A DNA stretch of 64,000 bases, taken from Anaeramoeba ignava BMAN (Eukaryota > Protista > Anaeramoebae). A program made the translations under genes and the position numbers. Below the pieces are notes generated by a model, which did no database searches, was not told the DNA's origin, and saw only the letters and a program-made list of their open reading frames with translations. Each line of letters opens with the position of its first letter. The stretch's first letter is position 1. The stretch is from positions 361,535-425,534 of the forward strand of contig JAPDFW010000074.1 of assembly GCA_028826165.1 (NCBI GenBank). Direction: 5' to 3'. Positions 62,101-64,000 of this stretch are shown here, in pieces.

Positions 62101-64000
62101 TTAATTAAATTATTTAAAAACAAAATTACTCAAAAAATTTCTTTAACTCATATTCCAAAAATTCTTGAAAAACAAAAATTCAAATGGAGAAAAGGAGAAT
62201 CAATTCATCTATTTTTGTTTCAAAATTTTATTTTTAATTCAAGAAATCAATTTAAAAACAAAATCAAAACCAAGAATCAAATGAAATTTAATGATATTGA
62301 AGAACTTTTTCAAAATGTTCAGAATCAATTTCAAAAACCGAGAAGTTATTCAACAAATAATTTTTAAATTCAAAAACTATTATTCATTTTTCAGACATTA
62401 TTAGATGAAAAGAACAAAAATCAACTCATCTTATTTTAATATTTTTGAATGAACTTATCAGAAACAATGAAACAATTTATTTTACGAATTTCATCAATTA
62501 ATTCCAAAATCTGAATTTATTAAATTATTTTATGAAACAGAAAAAGAAAAGCCAACAGAAAAATTATTACAAATTCTTTTTGATTTAATGATTAGTAATG
62601 GCAAATTTTTCATTAGAGGAATAATTTTATTATCAGAAACAAAATATGATAAATATTATTTTGGAACTTTATTGCCAAAATCAAAAGGGAAAATGAAAAA
62701 GAATTTGATAAAGTTTTGAAACTTTATCGAATTTTTGTGAGAAATCAATTCATAATATTTATTGTTTTGTGAAAAGAATTATTTCCTTTTTACTTGAATT
62801 AATCCCCAATATTCAAATTTAAATTTATTCAAAAATTATTCAATTTATTTGGAAAACTTGGAAACATAAATTTCTTGTTTGTGAAATGAAGAAATATTTT
62901 TCCATTTGAAAAGATCAATTAAGAAAAAGAAAAGAAAAGCAAATCAATTTGCAAATTTAATGTTAATTGAATTAAGAAAAATGATAAATCAAAATCAAGA
63001 TCAAGATCCAATAAATTTTTGATTTTTATGAAGAAAATTCAAAATATAAAACTTCCAACTTTCAAAAATGATTTTAATTTCGGAAAATTTTTTTTTTTAC
63101 TTGGATAAGAATTGAAGATTTTCAAATGAGCAATATTCCTTTATCAAAAAGAAAATGAATTGAAAAATGAAAAATGAAATTTGTTTAAAAACAAAAATAT
63201 TTAGTTTTTAAACAGAAAATTCAAAAGGAATTGAATTACTTTGGAATTTAACAAAGAAAACAAAAACCAAAATCTTATTTATCAAATCTATTCAAATCAA
63301 GAAAATCAAATTATTGGAATCAAGATTTCCATTTGTCGAAAATGGTATTTTTCTTTTTCACACAAAAATACAAAATCAAATTAGAACTTGAAATAACAAT
63401 TTATATTGATGGAAATCAACAGAAAACAATAATTTAAAAACAAAATTGGGAATGGAAAAATTTTATCAAAATGAAATTGGTTCAAATTTTTACATTTTCA
63501 ATTCAACAAAAAGAAATTCAAAATCAAATTCAAATTCAGCAACCGTATTTTATGGACAGATGGGAACAATTTATATTTTCAAAATTTTTAATGAAAATCA
63601 AGTTAAAGCAATTCAATTTTGAGCAAATTATAATTATTTTTATCAAAATGAAATTTTCAAATATTCAAGTTCAGAATTTGAAAAAGATCAGTGAAGAAAT
63701 TAACTCAAAAATAATAATTTATCATAATCCAAAAACAATACAAAGAAAATTTATTGAATGAATCTTCAACAAATATTATCAAAAACATTCAGCACAATAA
63801 GAAGATGATTCATTTACAACAACTATTACAAGATATTATTCACTGTTTAGGAGGATTTGAAGATATTTTTATTTAATTTTAGAAATTGATGAATTATTCA
63901 AGAAGGAAACAGTACCAAAAATAATCAAATGAAGTCAATGAAGAAGAAAACTGGAAAATCAAAATGAAAAATCAAAACGAAAAATAATGGTACAATAATG
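59199..64000 (+). pseudogene. Heavily frameshifted large gene: N-terminal BTB domain then a long helical region, possibly BEACH-family-like; pseudogene or low-quality assembly; runs off the window
   Basis: SDFKIYCGKDKISIPCHKFILESRSKYF (BTB) at about 59300. Many short ORFs in shifting frames, and a DIIHCLGGFEDIF motif near 63840. Confidence 0.5.

Overview
Very AT-rich, gene-dense eukaryotic (protist) nuclear DNA with the standard genetic code, GT-AG introns and many Q/N/E microsatellite-coded tracts. The gene set and a nuclear intein suggest an Anaeramoeba-like metamonad amoeba, but this is inference only. The left half (1-33.4 kb) holds conserved genes separated by tiny spacers: PACS-1-like, ZGRF1-like, ADAL, myotubularin, DHX37, a BEACH/WD40 protein and DDX56. 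Several of their introns are swollen by tandem repeats. DHX37 carries a 305-aa in-frame intein in its Walker A motif, with the class 3 W-C-T signature and a decayed LAGLIDADG endonuclease. The right half is a plastic region. It holds two BTB-BACK-TLDc paralogues with NPF arrays, three FG-GAP-propeller/FN3/TM receptor paralogues with shuffled blades, and dispersed 144-146 bp satellite arrays. It also holds a 5,078-bp TTAA-duplicating Kolobok-like DNA transposon with 27-bp TIRs that encodes a Ulp1/SENP-like protease, probably fused to the transposase. ABI, actin and a frameshifted BTB/BEACH-like gene are also present. Many frameshifts fall in homopolymers, even in actin, and are probably assembly errors.
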